Assembly (NCBI GenBank): GCA_016906335.1
Contig: JADEYG010000004.1
Location: forward strand, 1 to 64,000
DNA length: 64,000 nucleotides
Direction of reading: 5' to 3'
From: Novakomyces olei
Taxonomy: Eukaryota
Shown here: positions 22,920 through 35,825 of the stretch, one piece after another
How positions within the stretch are numbered: the first letter of the stretch is position 1
Layout of the letters: the number at the start of each line of letters is the position of its first letter
Program-made: the position numbers and the translations under genes
The notes under the pieces: model-generated
The model's database searches: none
What the model was told of the DNA's origin: nothing
What the model saw: only the letters and a program-made list of their open reading frames with translations

Positions 22920-24000
22920 GTTTAGGTTTTCTTTAAATATTAGAAACAATATCTGTGAATTGCCCTTCCACGTGTCGCACTTTTGCCTTCCCGACAGAAA
23001 ATTTTTCAGCTAATTTGTTTTGATCAAATTTATTTGCGGCTCTCTCAGAGACGAGAAGAGATGAAATACGCAGCTCACTAATTGTACTCTGGTGCTTCAT
23101 TTAAATATAAAGTTTCCTTATCGGAAGGTTCTTCAATTCGGGGAATGGAAGGCTAAAATTGCGATAGAAAACTACCGATTTTAACGGGAATATTGATATC
23201 AGTGTATTCCATTTTGGGTATGTGGAAACGCAGATAAGGGGATTTATGTGGATGGATAATATATTTAATTTATGCCATTTCTAAAGCAAATAATTGTATG
23301 GCAGCAGCAGAAGCAGCCAGAGCTGTCATAGCAGTTAATCGACATTCTTATTGGCTTTGGCATAGGCAAGCCCAGAATGTAGTAAAATTTGCTTGCAAGT
23401 GCGTCTGCAACAACGATAATAACACGATTCTATAAAGATATGATAGGAATTTTTTCAGCTCGGAACTTACAAGCTCCGTAATAAACGAGCGGTAAATGAG
23501 ATAGCCGAGACGGCCTTGAAAGGTTCACCGGAAATAAAAGCTCGACACTATGAGACAAAAAAGTGCACCTTGAAGAAGGCGCCAGTATATTCAAGTATCA
23601 GACAAAGTTTAAACACGGCGGCCATTTTGTTCGGGGCTTCTGCTCTGGGGCTTCTTTCTAAAGTAAGATGACTTGTTGGAAATTCGTCTCTAGAATACAT
23701 TTCTTTATACTCATATTCTGGCATTTTTATTTAAACGCAGAGCAAGTTGAGAATCAAGATTAAACGGCCCCGCGCAAGACACGTCAAAGCCAAAGCATTC
23801 GCATTGATGAATAAGAGGAGACAAAATGGTTTCACGAGGCAGATCTATTAGGGTTACTTTTGATCATATTCTACATTGATTTTGAATATTATTGCAATAG
23901 TGGTTGAACACTAATTAAATTATACGAAAAGATCAGGACGCTTGGTTGAACAGCAAGAGGAAAGCGTAACGAGCCTCATAATCCAAGTGGAATTGCGGAT

Positions 24001-25035
24001 TTATGTCTCAATATAGCGCCATGTATTGCCGCTAAAGACACCGCCCTTTTGGCGAATTTCGCTCTGAATACGCTCAATCTCAAGCTGCTTACCTTTAGGG
24101 TCTTTCTCATCAGGATCCTGATTCCAATCCAGCAACTCGTTTGTATAATTTGCAACAAACTCGGGCGGCACAATGCCCAGGCGCTTGGCATAGTTAGTCA
24201 CCTTATTCCAATCGCGAGGCACATTAGAACAGTCGGACGAAAAGTACGCAAAAGAGCGCTCAAATTGTTTACGCGCAATGCTGGAACCCATGGCAGGTTT
24301 CATGTCAACAAAAGCATCGTAAGCCGCTTTTGGATCTTGCAGCATCTTGTCGGTTGCTATGTGAACAGCACGCAAGAAGGCACGGACCTTTGGCAAGTTA
24401 TTTGCGATAAAATTGTCGTTTCCGATGTAGAGGATTGAGCAAAAACAGCAACAACCGAGCTGAGCGAGCTTGTCAATACGCAGCATCTGGACATCAGATG
24501 CTGGACGACCCTGAGCAGTCAACCATTCCTCCAGTTCAACCATTTGCATGTTTTCAAGACCAATCCCAGCATCAATTTCGCCCTTCATAATGGCCTTTGA
24601 CACGTTCATTCCACAACGAACCGGCGTGTAATCCTCTGGCGTCATACCATAGTGGCGAGTCAATTCGTCCACCTGAACTTTGCCGAACTCGCCAACGTAA
24701 CCGATACGCTTACCACGCAAGCTATTAAAGTCTGACGTAATTCCAGAATTTTTAAGATAGATCAAGCCAGTGAACGGCTCATTCAAAAGGCTTCCAAAGC
24801 TGGTGACAGGAAATCCACGTGCTTTGGCAGCCAACGTATGGATCATTGCCTTCAAGCCAAGATCAGCTTTTCCTGAACCAATAATCTCAGTGACATCAGA
24901 GGGATCACTGGGTTCAAGGATTGCCACCTTAATGCCCTGCTGCTGGAACAAATTCAGCTTCTGGGCATAGTAGACGGGCAGATGATAAGGTGCCGTTTGC
25001 CAGTTAAGCAGGAACGTAATCTTATCTGTAGACAT
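24001..25035 (-). CDS. THI5: HMP-P synthase (thiamine pyrimidine synthase) THI5/NMT1
   Basis: [12 protein letters not shown] start, [25 protein letters not shown]. Confidence 0.97.
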   Translation of the reverse strand: MSTDKITFLLNWQTAPYHLPVYYAQKLNLFQQQGIKVAILEPSDPSDVTEIIGSGKADLGLKAMIHTLAAKARGFPVTSFGSLLNEPFTGLIYLKNSGITSDFNSLRGKRIGYVGEFGKVQVDELTRHYGMTPEDYTPVRCGMNVSKAIMKGEIDAGIGLENMQMVELEEWLTAQGRPASDVQMLRIDKLAQLGCCCFCSILYIGNDNFIANNLPKVRAFLRAVHIATDKMLQDPKAAYDAFVDMKPAMGSSIARKQFERSFAYFSSDCSNVPRDWNKVTNYAKRLGIVPPEFVANYTNELLDWNQDPDEKDPKGKQLEIERIQSEIRQKGGVFSGNTWRYIET

Positions 25036-25097
25036 ATTGAAAAGCCCCGTTGTGGGCAAAAAGACTATAAAAATCGCTTCCTCACGTGGGGAAGATC

Positions 25098-25181
25098 GTT
25101 TCTCCTTTCGCTGGTATTATCCAGTTCAAGTTCGAACGGTATAATCTCAGACAAGTTTAAAGCCTCGCCACCCGTGAATAC
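25098..25181 (-). promoter_or_regulatory. TPP riboswitch aptamer in a probable 5'-UTR intron of THI5
   Basis: Minus strand reads ACGGGTG..CTGAGATTATACCGTTCGAACTTGAACTGGATAATACCAGCGAAAGGA, the fungal THI-box consensus; candidate acceptor TTTTTATAG ends at 25065. Confidence 0.93.
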
Positions 25182-25708
25182 TTCTTGAGCAAAATGCAAA
25201 TATCAAGTCGGTAAGAGACTTTGAATTTGCTCCGCGTTCCGCTCGCGCTTATTTATAGTCTGATTTAGGGTTTCTTAGGGTTAGCGTGTTTGCTCGGCCA
25301 GCTAAAAATAGAAATTAAGCGTTGTGGGATTGGAACGAATTATACTTGATCGATGTTAATTAAATTAGCTTGAAAATAGTGTATGAGCGGAGCCAAAGGT
25401 ACTTCAACGTTTTCCTCGGCGCATTTCGTATCCTTGAATCTGCCCTTTAGACTGAGATGTCGAGCGGCGCTGACTGCTGCAGGTGATCCATGAGAATGAG
25501 AATGAGAACGTAATGGGCTGATACAAAATGATGCGTGCAAAAAGTAATTTACGTAAATTCGTGGCGTGAAACGACAGTATGTATAAACAATTATTTATAG
25601 TTTGGCAAGGTTTAGTGTTTAGACGCATTTCCAATTTTTAAAATTTGTTTACTATTCTGTTGATCATTCAACCAGCTCGGTGTAAACGAGCTGGTATCCA
25701 TCTAATGC

Positions 25709-27561
25709 TCACTTGACCCATAAATACTTCATCGAGAAATATATATATGAAATGAAAATAAAAATAAATGCATCATCACGCTCTAACATTAGTCGAGTCA
25801 GGCAAATTAGCAATTGCCTCCCTCATAACTTCCATTTCCTCTTGCGCAGTATTGTCACCGAAATCGCTATCTATCTGTTCAAGCGATTTACCTGAAGTTT
25901 CCGGCAGCAAAAATATTGCCCAGAGCTAGAATAAATTAGACAATTCCAATAAAATCATTTCTCACTTACACCAGCCATCAGGCACCAAACAGCGAAAAAA
26001 ATGTAAGTTCTGTATTTTAGATTTTCTAACATGGGCGGTGTAACTACACCGACAATGAAATTTGCCAGCCAGTTTGTGCAAATAGACAGAGCGACACCCT
26101 TCGACCGGGTCGTATTTGTAAAGCTTTCGGCGGGCAGAACCCATCCGAGCGGAGAGTACGTTAATCCGAATATCAAGATAAATACAAAAGCCATTGCAGC
26201 ACAGGCCCAACCTGCGGCAGAATGATGTTCCCAATCATCCTCGAAAAGTCCCGCAATAATAGCGATTATTATATATGCGGCTCCGGCAGAAAAGCCTCCA
26301 AAAATAGCCAGTGGTCTTCGTCCCACTTGATCGATGATGGCAAAGCATACAATAACTGTAACAAGCTGTAGCATATTGAAAACACCGGAAAGAATTAAAG
26401 ACATTTCATCCGACTGCCCAATCGATGTAAACAGCGTGGGAGCGTAGTATATAAAGGCATTAATACCCATAAATTGTTGGAAAAACTGTCATTAGCAACG
26501 AATACGCTTTATCTTTTAGATTAATCATACCATAACACCGCACCCAACTATAGTTCTCCGCGCAAGTCGGGGTTTAAGCAGGTCCAGCCAAAGCCGAACT
26601 TCGAGCTTGGCGCCAGAAAGGCCTGGGTGCATCTTCTCTTGGACTGCGTTTTGAACGGCAATTTCACTAATAATTCCTTTGTACTCATATTGGACTCGAG
26701 GATCAGTAGCAGGTAGTCTTCGCAATTTTGTCAAAGCAGCCAAACTCTCCTCGTTACGCCCAACCAGGGCCAGCCAGCGGGGAGAATAGGGGAAGAAGTT
26801 TATACAAATTCCCAGTAGCGTGGAACCCAGCATTTGCAGCCCGAGTGGGAGTCGGAAAGAAACCTCACTATCAACAAGCCGGGTGCCATAGGTAATCCAG
26901 TAAGCGACCACAATGGCAACAACGATAGACATGTCCTCAAGAACGAGCAGCATGCCTCTCAAATTTGGAGGCGCAATTTCCGAAATGTATAAAGGCGCGC
27001 CCTAGAGTGTTAGACGAAGAAAATAAGAGACTGGCTTGTTAATTGCCAAAGTCGTACCATTGCCAAAGTACCAACTCCGACGCCTCCAATGGCTCGGCCA
27101 ACGACGAGCATGGCGTAACTGTTGGCAGCCGTTTGCAGAATAGCGCCAATATCGAAAACGACAACGGCTACAATAATTGCCCGTTTCCTCGAAATTTTAT
27201 CGGCCAAGTAAGGCATGAAAAAGCAGCCAATAAAGGCGCCAAGCAAAAGCATACCTGTCATAAACCCTTTGCCAAAGGCCGATTGGGCTGGAGGAAAAGC
27301 CGAATGGAATTGGGGCATAACATTAATAATAGAGATAACACCCTGGTCATATCCAAAGGAAAAGCCGCCAAGTGAAGCAAGAACAGCGGCTCCAAATACG
27401 TAGCCTCCATTCCCAGCAAGCCCACGGAGACCATCTGGACCATAGGCTTCTACTTCATTTTCCTGTATCGACAATTGATCATTATCATCTTTAGCGAATT
27501 CGAGATGTGTGGGCTAATTCGGCTTGAAGTCTCCGTCTTTTGCAGACTCCATTTCATTCAT
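25709..27561 (-). pseudogene. MFS sugar porter (4 exons) with an in-frame TAG at codon 16
   Basis: FGYDQG, ADKISRK, PLYISEIAP, SPRWL, GINAFIYY, PETSGKSLE; ATG 27561 is followed by TAG at 27514-27516. Confidence 0.7.
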
Positions 27562-28730
27562 AGGTTTATTCTATTACCCAGATGGCCTTGTTCTTGGTTG
27601 CCTTCGAATTTGTTCCCAAGGTTCGCTGTTGGTATTTCTCCTTTTGTATTTATATGTCCTTGATCCCACCATTACGGAGACCTTTGCGGGGAATAAAAAA
27701 ATATTCTAATTACCTAATTAGGGCTGCAGAGGAATATTCTCACCACGAATCAGGTGCCGCAAAAACGCACACTTGACAACTAGTCCGTGGGGATTATGAT
27801 AAGGAATAGAATAGAATAATAATTGCACCACACAATGCGCTCGTGTCTGGTACGGCACAAAGTTCCCAAGCCCATATCAGTCACGGCTTTAAGGTTAGCG
27901 TCTAGTCGCTACTACGCGTCATACACGTCTATTAAAGCTTTAGTGTTATCAATGTTTACTGTATACGCCGCCCTATCTCTAGCGCCGTATGTTATCGCTG
28001 TATTAATAGTTATTCCTATTCAAGTACGATCACCGTCGTCCTACCATCCCGCCAGGCTGGCTACTTTTCCAAACTCCTGTTCTGGTAAGTAATACCCATT
28101 GTATAATATCTGCTTTAACGCAAACACATCCCGCCATGCCGACTAGCGAGGTCTACGGGAGATTGCGATAAAGAATGATTGGATACCCACCATTGTGCCT
28201 GGGTTAAAGTAAGTTTACACAGTCTGCGTAATTGCTATGTAATCGTCACTGCCGTTGGGAATATTACACATATGGCAAAGTATAAAGAAATACTTCATTA
28301 GTACATATTCTTGCCCTATAATACATAATAATTCTAGTGTTACTTGTTAAACTATCCCGTGCAATAATCCCGTACCTTGCCTCCAGGGGCTTAGTGGCCG
28401 GAGACGTAATCGAGGATAAGGGATAGAATAAATGCGAAGAAATGGACGATTTGCAACCAAAATAAACGAGCACATTCGTACCAGCGACCGATGTACGGTG
28501 ACTTTTTGGCCAACAGTCTTGGCGCCTACTATAGATCTTGGCGGGAAATAGAGTAAACACAAATAGCATCATAAGTCTTTAGCAAAAGGGTTGACTATGC
28601 TTCTCAGTTCGTCTAGCAAAATTTAATTACTGAAAACGAAAATTGAAGGAAGAAAAGGAATGGAGGAGTAGAGATATAGAGGAAGAGGTAGAGAAAGACT
28701 TGTATTAAATCATTCAGTTATGCCGTCTGA

Positions 28731-30213
28731 TTATAGTCTCGACTCTCGCACAGCAATTCGAGACCCATCCTCGTTGAAGTCAATCTTTTTTCCCGAGATC
28801 AAACTCTCTTGAAGTGCACAGCCGATTTTAACTGCATTAACTGCACCTTCCAGTTTCATAGGCGGTGGGTTATTGTTCAGGCAGCAGTCGGTAAACTCTT
28901 TGGCCTCCGCGAGAAAGGCTTCACGGAAACGTCCATAGTAATCGGCCGGCAGCTCACGACGAACACCAGTAGGCTCAAATACATTGACCAAGTTGATCTG
29001 TGGCTGAGTATTAACCGCAATCTTTCCCTTTGTGCCAAAGATTTCTGTCGTGTCCTCCTGACCGGCCGCCATCATTCGCGAGCAATATAGCTGAGCAATC
29101 TTTCCATCCTTAAATTTGTTAATGCCTCCAATTTGTTTAAATTTGTGAATAAAGGCATGAAACAACAAACTGTCAAGACCATAAACAGAGACAATAGCAA
29201 TAGTAGTAATAACAGCTATAATAGCGGCCGATAGAACAGGAAACAAGTATCGATGATGAAGTAACAATTTGTTCAAGGCTTACGTAAAACTCGATTATAG
29301 CAACCGCATTATCGCGATCATTGTGTTTACGCAAATCAGGCTGGACTGCTGTAATTCCTACAGCACTGACGCTTTTGACTTTACTGTCCTCTCCAAAAAA
29401 CCAAAGAGCCAAATCGATATCGTGGACAGAGCAGTCTACAAATATCCCCCCGCTAAACTCTGCATAAGCGACAAAAAACCCTGAAGGATCAAGCTTATCG
29501 CACGTCTGCGAGCGGAATACAGAGGGCCTGCCAATATCGCCGTTTGTCATTCGACGGTACGCGTCTCTATATGAGGCATCAAACCGACGAGAAAACCCAC
29601 AGATGACTTTTTGTGTGGGATGAGTCTTTAAAGATTTGTTGTACGCATCAACTACAGATTGCGACTATGAAATGTCAGTAACGATTTTGAGGAAATTGAA
29701 CAATGGTGAAAGCTTTGCCCAAGACAAAATTCGAAATAACAAATCAAGTAGCAAAAATCATACAATATCAACACGGGTGCTCAATGGCTTCTCGCACATA
29801 ACATGAAGTCCCTTCTCAATTGCTTTGATGGCTTGTTCAGCATGGGCAGTAGTCGCACTGGCAACAACTACGGCATCAAGTTCTTTCTCTGCACGAAGCA
29901 TTTCATCGTAATCGAGGTAAGTTCGAACTTCTTCGAACTCGGCTTTTGCTGCATCAAGCTCTGCCTGCACAGGCGAGCTGACTGCGATCAAATTCGCTTT
30001 TGGTGTAAAGTGCGCAAAATGGCGCGCGTGGCGCATACCTGGCAATGTTAGTACATGAATTGTAGAGTTGAACGCAATTCGTTCACCATGTTGAGCTCTT
30101 AAAATTGGATTGCAAATGTCAACAGTCTGAATGTGTGACTCCATCCGACTCTTATTTTTCATACCCATGCGCCCAAGACCGGCAACGGCGACATTGAGCT
30201 TCGCAGACGGCAT
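28731..30213 (-). CDS. Gfo/Idh/MocA oxidoreductase (inositol dehydrogenase-like), multi-exon
   Basis: VAGLGRMG, HVMCEKPLS, GFSRRFD, GGIFVDCSVHDID; GT-AG introns. Confidence 0.9.
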
Positions 30214-31032
30214 GTCTGTTCTTTTGTATTATACTCAAATGTTCTTTTAATCCTCTTGGTTTTTGTTTAGACAAATAATTAATTGAAAATTATTTAATTG
30301 TCGCTTTTCGCGGTTCGTTTTCGTTTTCAATACTGTAGGCTCTACTGATTCTCAGCAAAGCTAATGCGCCGTGAGCAAACGTACTTGTGAATTTGGATTA
30401 TAACATTGCGAATTTGCTGTATTTATATTCTGGCTTTACGAGACGAAGACGATCTTATCCCAACAATTTCTACGGCAATTGTTGACGTATCCGGAAATGC
30501 TACCTGGTCTAACTATTCATTTACTTCGGAATATAAGAAGCTTTAAATATTTTTCTACGATGTGGAGAAGTAGAGCAACTGCAATTAATTATTGTTATTG
30601 GTAATTTTAAAGGGTTGACGGGGGCGTACTGCTCAGTTTACGCTGCATAATTTATAACGGCGGTTAAATTATGTTGCCTTGTAGGGTGGCATGAAGCGTA
30701 GAGATGAAACTAAAGGAGCGTTATATAAATTAATATGCTCCTATTTTTTGTATTGATCGAAAAGTAGTTTGATATAATCCACAGCGATATAGCTAATAGT
30801 ATATTTATTATTTTTTAGAGCGAAAATAATAAAACCGTAACTAACCCTGACAGATTTATCAATTTTTGACGCTAGGTGTTCAATTACAAGACAACCTAAA
30901 TTCTGTCATCGCTATTAATACACGGTAAGCTATGGCCCTGCGCCACTGAAGATCCCGGGTGCAGGCATGTCGCAAAAGGGCAAATGTAGCCATTCAAGCT
31001 TCTTGAAACAAGACATTTATTCGCAATACTGA

Positions 31033-32150
31033 TCAAATTTTTGCGTTCGGGTTTGCAGGCACATTGTTTTTAATCCGCCACTGCACAAGGCTGATGAGAC
31101 TATAAATTGTCTCTAAATGGGGTACAAGTACACCCAGCTTTTTCGCTTCACGTATCGGATTTCCCAGTATGACTTCAATTTCCATCGGATTATTCTTGTC
31201 CACGTCAACCAGCATACTAGGCCGGAAAAGTAAGTCGAGCGACATGCTTGTAATCATGGCATCATCCACATCACTTGGCAATTTGTATCCTGCTGCCTCT
31301 GCCGTAGCCATAATTTCTCTAATACATGGCCTTAAAATTGTCTCGGTGGCACCAGCAGTCCGAACGCGACTCGCGTCTAATTGCGTTAAAGCGCAAACAA
31401 CATTAAATGAGGCATTCCAGCAAAGTTTGCGCCATCTCCACCATTGAATATTGTCACGAATATTACATTGTGCCCCTCCTCCTTTATTGTAAATTGCACT
31501 AAATTGCCGCAGTCGCTCTTTTAGTTGCTCTACCGGCAGATTGGGGTTTCCATAGTACCCCATTTCTATTATATCAGAATCCTCGTGGTACACAGAGCCA
31601 TCATGTTGGACGGCCCCGATAAGACTCACGGCTGACAAAACAGGCGACTGTGGGAATGCGTCAACGTAAGGTTGTTCGATTCCGATACCGTTTTGGATCA
31701 GTACTATTGTAGTGCCGCTCGACACTATTGGTCGTATGATTTCCGGTACATCGTTCACATCGATCAATGCCTTAACTGTAACCACAATAAAGTCAAAGGG
31801 ACCAAATTGGGCAGCGTCTTGACAGCTCCTTGCCACTGCGATATTAGTCTTGTGTTTTGAAATACGTCAATTCTTGAAAATTTTGCTCTGGATAAAACAG
31901 GTATTAATATGTCAAACAGCCCCTTATTGGTCTGTAACAATCATTAGAGCTTACAGAATGAAGGACGCCATCCTGAGTGCTTCCCGTGATCAACAGAGTC
32001 AATATTGAATCCTTTGTCCCGGACAGTCTCATAGTTTGAGCGCAATACTGCACAGACTTTGGCCATTCCAGATTTCTCAATGGCAAATGCTGCCATTGTG
32101 CCCACACCGCCTGCGCCCACGACGGCTACAGAAGAAGTAGCAGCCTTCAT
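31033..32150 (-). CDS. Ketopantoate reductase-like (PanE/ApbA family)
   Basis: VVGAGGVG, VTVKA, LIQNGIG, WRKLCWNASFN, PSMLVD..MEIE; intron 31836-31954. Confidence 0.9.
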
Positions 32151-33013
32151 GTCCCCGAGAAAGCAATGGCCTGTCTATTATGTAGGCTGTAGCGAGCTCT
32201 ATCACGATCGTATTATAGTAACAGAGTTCGCCTTATAGTCCAAGGCATTTAATATATCTTTTACGCTAACCACAACTACAGGCGACCCCTGTCAAAAATA
32301 GGATAATAAGCGGACTAAAGCGACACCGGCGATAAGAAAAATGATTAGATACGAATTTTTTCTGTCCATTACTTGGTTGTCATTTATTGATTGCGCTATT
32401 AATTGATCGTTCGGAATATAAACCTTATTTATTGCGCTCGAGTCTCTCTAGTCTATCAATGTTCCGAGGCTTTAAATCTTGGTGTAAATTAAAAACCAGT
32501 ACAAATGAAGCAGCTCCCCGAAGCTGGTAAAAACGTTTTGCTTCTCTCCGAAAAACCATTAATATGAGCATATCCATTTTGAGATAGACAAATCTAAAAT
32601 TAGACAAGTCTGAGTATATATTACTTCCCCATTTGATAGTGAAAAATGCACTTTGTGTTATGAGTACCTTTAATTGCCAGCTTGTACAATACGCAGATTA
32701 TTATTTCTACTACATTATGCAAAAAATGCCAATACTTCAATTAAATAACTCTGCTATTGCTTAATGGGAAAGCTTCAGCAGAGTAAAAGCAATGCGCCCT
32801 GCAAGACTCTACACTTATAAAATAAAATATTATAAATTATTAATCAATCAATTAATTAATTAATTAATTAATTAAATTCATCATTTAAGTTTATTGAATT
32901 TCATTCTTATTATTATAATGATCAATTGATGAAATATACAATAAAAACCCACTACACGAACTCAGTTCAATTAGCTATTTCTCCATAAAAAAACAATAGT
33001 ATCTCCTCCCACC

Positions 33014-34387
33014 TCAGTTCATCACCGCTAGGCTACCACATGGATCCCACGGCGGGAGCACTGTAGCTTCTGCCGTCTTCCAAAGCTCAACAAGGTCACT
33101 AGACACATCTTGTGTCGAAACAACGATCTGATAAACGTACTCTTCAAACCATTTCTGACTGGCGACAAAGTAGCCCTTATCGCCAATTGAATCGCCCCAC
33201 GAATTTTCGACTCTCCAGCTCTTTGGTGCTCCCTTTTCATCCAAATCAACCCCAGTGAAAACCATAGCGTGTGTCATCAGGGACTGTCCATACTGGAGAC
33301 GGCTCGCCTTATCTTGGCTTAAAGCTACGCCAAAGCCAGCCTCATAATCGAACAGTTCTGGAGCAAAAATACCCCTTTCACGATCCATAAATTTGCCACT
33401 ATCAGCACCGAAAAAGCAAGGCTTATCTGACTTTAATATCGAAATTGCGGTCTGTGCAAGCACAGAGCTCTCCACATTGACATAGCGGACGGGTTTTCCG
33501 CCTGTGACATTCCCAAGCCGGTCGATAGTGAGGACAGTATTGTATTTGTTACGCGGATCATTCAGTAAGGAAAGATGTTGTGACGCATCAAATCCAGTAT
33601 GATTTTTGTAGAAGTCAATAGGCGTGGTTTTGACAGAATTGAATTTGCCATCCTTGTCATAGTATTTCCATTCAAACGGCTCCGTTGAACCGGGAGGAAG
33701 GCCGAGAGTGAAAACGAGAACTTTGTATATTTCCTCGACCATTTGTGTCTTGAGCTCACTGTGTCCCGAGCTTGCCTCTCGCAGAATCTGCGCGTCTTTA
33801 CGCAATAGTGTAAACACGAGCTGGTTCAATTTTTGACTGGCTTTGGAGGAAAAACTTTCTGGGTAAAGCGTACTGGGTACAACACCATACTTCTCCAACA
33901 AATTAACGACAAAATCGTACTGTCCACCGTCTGACAGTGGCTCCTTTACAAAATGCTGTACTATACGAGAATCAAGATCCTCGTGTCGTGTATCAATAAT
34001 GTTTTGTAAAAAGAAATTCGACTTTTCCAGCTTATCGTAGAAGAACAGGTACGAGGGCGAAAGCTGCAATTCGGAAATATTCAACCGTTTCATCATGTCT
34101 ATGCGGATAACATTGGTGATTGCAAAAAGCCAGCATCGCCCACTTTGATACTGATGCGTTGCAGGCGCACCTTCACGTGAGATTTTACAGGAAAAAACGC
34201 GGCTGGTTAAATCTGTTATCACGTCCCTCCGTTCGATTGCCTGGGAAATATCGACGCCCGATAAAACACTACTACGGAAGGCAGACTGGTCGTTGGCTAA
34301 TAGCTTTTTCTTCCACTGATCCAGTGTATCACGCGACAAAGGCTGAGTCATTTTTTTGGATTTTTGTGAGGGCAGCCAGCTCAGCAT
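33014..34387 (-). CDS. LAP3: Bleomycin hydrolase / cysteine aminopeptidase (C1B)
   Basis: QSGRCWLF (Cys), MTHAMV (His), VENSWG (Asn), LPPWDP; in-frame ATGs at 34387 and 34351. Confidence 0.93.
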   Translation of the reverse strand: MLSWLPSQKSKKMTQPLSRDTLDQWKKKLLANDQSAFRSSVLSGVDISQAIERRDVITDLTSRVFSCKISREGAPATHQYQSGRCWLFAITNVIRIDMMKRLNISELQLSPSYLFFYDKLEKSNFFLQNIIDTRHEDLDSRIVQHFVKEPLSDGGQYDFVVNLLEKYGVVPSTLYPESFSSKASQKLNQLVFTLLRKDAQILREASSGHSELKTQMVEEIYKVLVFTLGLPPGSTEPFEWKYYDKDGKFNSVKTTPIDFYKNHTGFDASQHLSLLNDPRNKYNTVLTIDRLGNVTGGKPVRYVNVESSVLAQTAISILKSDKPCFFGADSGKFMDRERGIFAPELFDYEAGFGVALSQDKASRLQYGQSLMTHAMVFTGVDLDEKGAPKSWRVENSWGDSIGDKGYFVASQKWFEEYVYQIVVSTQDVSSDLVELWKTAEATVLPPWDPCGSLAVMN

Positions 34388-34832
34388 AATGCGAGACACC
34401 CTCGATCTATGTCCTTTGTCCTTTATGTATCTGCCTGCTGCATTAATTAACGCAGGAGACCCGTCACTAGCAAGGTGCTCCGCATCTCCACATCAGGGTT
34501 TTCCAAGTTAATTCTTATCCGCACCTATACAAAATAGGTGCTCTCGCAATTTAACCTATTACGTTTATTCTATTTTTTAATTAATAAGAGTAGAACACTT
34601 GGACAGGTACAGTCAGGCCCGCTATCGCGCTTTTCCCGCCTTAAGGCATTGAACGCGTCGGCCTTTTGGAATTGAATTTTTATTATTACTAATTAAAACT
34701 GGAACATTGGCACATGTATAGTTTTTTTAACTGCTACTCAAAATCTCGGCCACGACAACTGAACAGCATCCGGTGCAGATTGATACTTTTTGCTTTCTAA
34801 CAAGGCAAAATCTATGGTCTGGCCGGAACAGT

Positions 34833-35825
34833 CTATACCTGATAAGGTACGCTTACTGTTCCATGCCAGTAATTTGGACTATCGGCCTTCACCGACATCC
34901 AAGCATCGTCAAGCGCCTTTACGACTGCATCGGGCAGGGGTCCCTTTTCAAAGTCACGAAGATTTTCTTCCAACTGCTTGTCTGAGCTGGCACCTATGAT
35001 AATCCCGTCCTGGCCCAGTCGCAATTGAGAATGGTGTACAGTCCATCGTAGTGCCGTTTCGATTAGCGTCAAATTATGCTCAGTAGCAACTTTTTCAATT
35101 TGCTTTAGCGCCTCAAAATAGGCATTACGGAAATAACGTGCCCGGTAACTTTTTGCCTGGTAACTGTCACCAGCGAAGCGTCCTTCTGTAGCCTCAGTAT
35201 CGGGCTTCCATTTCCCGGAGAAAAATCCGCCGGCTAGAGGGTTGTAAATAACTAAATCAAGGCCAAATTTGTGCAGCGCAGGAATTAGTTCGGGCTCAAT
35301 TGCCCGTGTAATAGCATTATACATGGCCTGGTAGATTCGGGGACGAACCCAGCCTCGTTCACGGCAGAGCACTGAAATTTCTGCTACTTGGAAGGCCAAA
35401 TAATTACTAAGTCCGAGAGTTTTAAACTTTCCCTCCTTGTAAAGCTCGTTGACTTCAGCCAAGGTCTCCTCAAAAGGAACGGAAAAATCCGGAGCGTGCA
35501 GGTAGAAAATATCCACGGAATCAGTTCCCAATTCCTTCAGGCTGGTTTCGAACACGCTACGAAGAGCTTCGGGCTTATGGTCGCCTGGCTTGACAGGATA
35601 GACCTTTGTGGCGATGGAAAAGCCGTTTTCCTTCCATCCTGCTTGCTTCAGATAGCCTTCAGTATTTCCTTGACAGTACGCTCGTGCCGTGTCCAGTTCA
35701 TCGTACCCGTGGCTCTTGAACACATCCAAAATGTGGCGTGTATCCTCGAGTGAAGTAATACGAGCTCCCGTTGTGCCTGCGGGGCCAATGGTCATTGTAC
35801 CAAAGATAATGCGTGGTTTAACCAT
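34833..35825 (-). CDS. Aldo-keto reductase, AKR7 / aflatoxin B1 aldehyde reductase-like
   Basis: LDTARAY, IATKVYP, FYLHAPD, GLSNY, YNPLAGG, WTVHHSQL. Confidence 0.92.
   Translation of the reverse strand: MVKPRIIFGTMTIGPAGTTGARITSLEDTRHILDVFKSHGYDELDTARAYCQGNTEGYLKQAGWKENGFSIATKVYPVKPGDHKPEALRSVFETSLKELGTDSVDIFYLHAPDFSVPFEETLAEVNELYKEGKFKTLGLSNYLAFQVAEISVLCRERGWVRPRIYQAMYNAITRAIEPELIPALHKFGLDLVIYNPLAGGFFSGKWKPDTEATEGRFAGDSYQAKSYRARYFRNAYFEALKQIEKVATEHNLTLIETALRWTVHHSQLRLGQDGIIIGASSDKQLEENLRDFEKGPLPDAVVKALDDAWMSVKADSPNYWHGTVSVPYQV

Noticed and set aside
30838-30851. TAACTAACCCTGAC as a telomerase RNA template
   Set aside because: Matches only the variant unit; no pseudoknot or CR4/5-like element recognised nearby.
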